64,000 nt of DNA from Rhodosorus marinus CCMP1338 (Eukaryota; Plantae; Rhodophyta), in NCBI GenBank assembly GCA_029953675.1, contig JAMWBK010000002.1, positions 2,418,001-2,482,000 on the forward strand, in the 5' to 3' direction. Below the pieces are notes generated by a model that was not told where the DNA came from, did not search any database, and was given only the letters and a program-made list of their open reading frames with translations. Below are positions 62,121 through 64,000 of the stretch, piece after piece; within the stretch, counting starts at the first letter, position 1; every line of letters starts with the position of its first letter. A program made the translations under genes and the position numbers.

Positions 62121-64000
62121 TCAATTTGTGTCCTGCTCGCCCACGCCGACACCCGCAGGCTCAGGCTTAACGCAGTCCCATAGTTTCTGATATGCTTCGC
62201 TTTTATCTGAGTCCAGTCCAAGCTCGTTGATGTCCGAACCAAACTTTCGTACGTCCAAGTAAAGCTGCATGCTGATTTTGTCCATCTCTGCATTGTTGCC
62301 TGCTGCACCTATGTTCAGTCTTCGCAGTGTATCTGCAGTCTGTCTCACGTTGAGAAGCAAATCTTTCGCCAGTTCGTAGTATCCAGTTACAGTTAATTCG
62401 ACAACCTCCTTCAGAATTTTGTTCTTCTCACTTTCGGTTAATGTAACTTCGGGATCCGTCAAGAACTGTCTCAGCGGCTTCAAAACATTGGGGACAAAGC
62501 GACTATACTGTGTTGGCGCTGGTCTGTTGGTCATTCTGTACGTTGCAAGAATTCCTCGCATTGTCTGCAAAGTCTCTATGCAACCCTTTGATATGACGGA
62601 CGAAATTCTCTCTCCCAGGTCTGGCTTAAGCGAAGCCAGGTTTTCTATCGCGTCGGAGAACGCGTTGTCGATGGCAGTTGTAGCTTCGCTCGGGAGCTTT
62701 CCGTTAGACCCCATCCGCACGACTGATGCCAACTCAGCCTGCAATCTCTCGGTTAATGTCTCCACATCAGAAAATACGACAGAAACATCCTTCGCGAGCA
62801 TGTCGGTCCCCCAAGATTCTTCTAAACCCTTTTTGGTCCATGTCGTGTACCTGAACCGTACCGAGTCGCTACAATGAGAAAAACAACAGACTCCCCTTCT
62901 TTCCCCTTCTTCACTCAAGCGCATCGACTTCACTTACCTCGCTAGGAGCTGAAGCGACAGTTTCAAAAATTTGTGAGTTAGCGGCCGCAAAAAGACGTCA
63001 TCATCCCAGCACTTTCGAAGCGCGGACACCAGCGCCTTCGTCGCTTGAAGACGGTAGAGATCAGGAGAGAGAATTCGAACGGCTGTTGTTTCCAGTGTGT
63101 CAGCTCCTTTTACGCCAGTAGAAGAGGTCGAGAGTGAGGGAGTGCTTTTTAGAGCATCCTCAAAAGTATTTGTGACCTGAGCGAAAAAAAACATTGCGTG
63201 AGACGCGAGAAGCGATAGCAAAAAATGCATGTCCGCAGTTTTTGTAACTCACCTCCTGAAAACGAAGCTGAAAATACACAGGCAGGCTCCATCTTCGCCA
63301 AAATTTAACGGTCTGCTTATGCCTCTGGAGGGTTTCAAGCTTCTCCGCAGTAGAACAAAGTTTTTCCAGGAGGGAGAATATCCTGGTTGCTCCCATGAAA
63401 GACTTGTGAAAGACGTCGGCTATCCCAGGAGAGAACACATTAAGATTGGATTCGATCCCGCTCTCGACTATAAGCACATAGAAGACGGCACGCCTTCTGT
63501 TTAGCCACTGCGTCATCGTCTCCTGTTAGGTAGCATGTTTGTTAGAAGAGCCACTTACTCTCTGGCCAAATGGCGTTGTTCACAAAGTCGAAAGATCGAA
63601 GTCGTTCCTCTGAGTCGCAAAGGGACGTCACGGGATTGCACTTCTCCCTTACAAAGTCACCGATTAGTATCTCAGCGGACTCTAGAATGTCTGCCGTGGT
63701 CACGCTTTCAGCGTTGTTTCCCATCCTTTCTTCTGCCAAAGTTGAGCAAACTGACATCTTGAGCTTTGTGCTGACGAAGGGTTTCACAACTTCGGATTGA
63801 AAGAGATCCTCCGCTGCGCTGATTATTCCAGCAATGGCTATTGCTGAAAGTGCTCGCAAGAGCAAGTCCTGTCCAGTGCCGGGAAGTGAATAGTTAAAAG
63901 CGCTTAGGCTTTCTTCTAGTACCAGCTGAGGGGCTAAAGTTTCAGACTGGTGGATAAGAGTTTACCTTGTCAGCTGTGAGGGCTTCCTTTAACCATTGTT
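62121..64000 (-). CDS. COG2: Conserved oligomeric Golgi complex subunit 2, 5'-truncated by the window edge
   Basis: FDFVNNAIWPE, VFSPGIADVFH, RRWSLPVYFQLRFQE, CWDDDVFLRPLTHKFLKLSLQLLAR, TYRMTNRPAP, and DKISMQLYLDV. Confidence 0.9.

Noticed and set aside
517-64000. Apparent functional clustering (RNA processing, mitochondrial biogenesis, Golgi trafficking, peptidases)
   Set aside because: These are common housekeeping classes, interspersed with no shared orientation or operon-like spacing, so chance adjacency is sufficient.

Overview
Compact, intron-rich eukaryotic nuclear DNA with GT-AG introns mostly about 40-200 nt long. It is most likely from a red alga (inference): several N-termini resemble red-algal plastid transit peptides with an early Phe (MVGFV, MGFLG, MDGEAFV, MYRSGFV) and show no bipartite ER signal. 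Recognisable genes, with exons assembled by eye: WDR75/UTP17, mitochondrial ATP synthase delta, LSM4, a CHY-RING E3 ligase, a RHBDD1-type rhomboid, SFT2, an FSH1/OVCA2 hydrolase, BCP1/BCCIP, an SR protein, an M3 oligopeptidase, a DUF1499 lumen protein, TIM22, THO2, an M32 carboxypeptidase, LYRM7/MZM1, plastid ferrochelatase with a CAB-like tail, and partial COG2. Several orphan genes are also present. I saw no tRNA, rRNA, CRISPR array or recognisable transposase. The most notable observations are: (1) an orphan repeat protein that shares a duplicated two-exon plastid/thylakoid targeting module and upstream motifs with the neighbouring DUF1499 gene; (2) a ~171-bp A/B higher-order tandem array between the divergent THO2 and M32 genes; (3) a 4-nt microexon needed to keep the M32 HEXXH motif in frame; (4) a ferrochelatase CAB motif that has lost its Asn; (5) an acidic reading frame that runs through two stop codons. 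I found no single large novel multi-gene system that the sequence alone supports.
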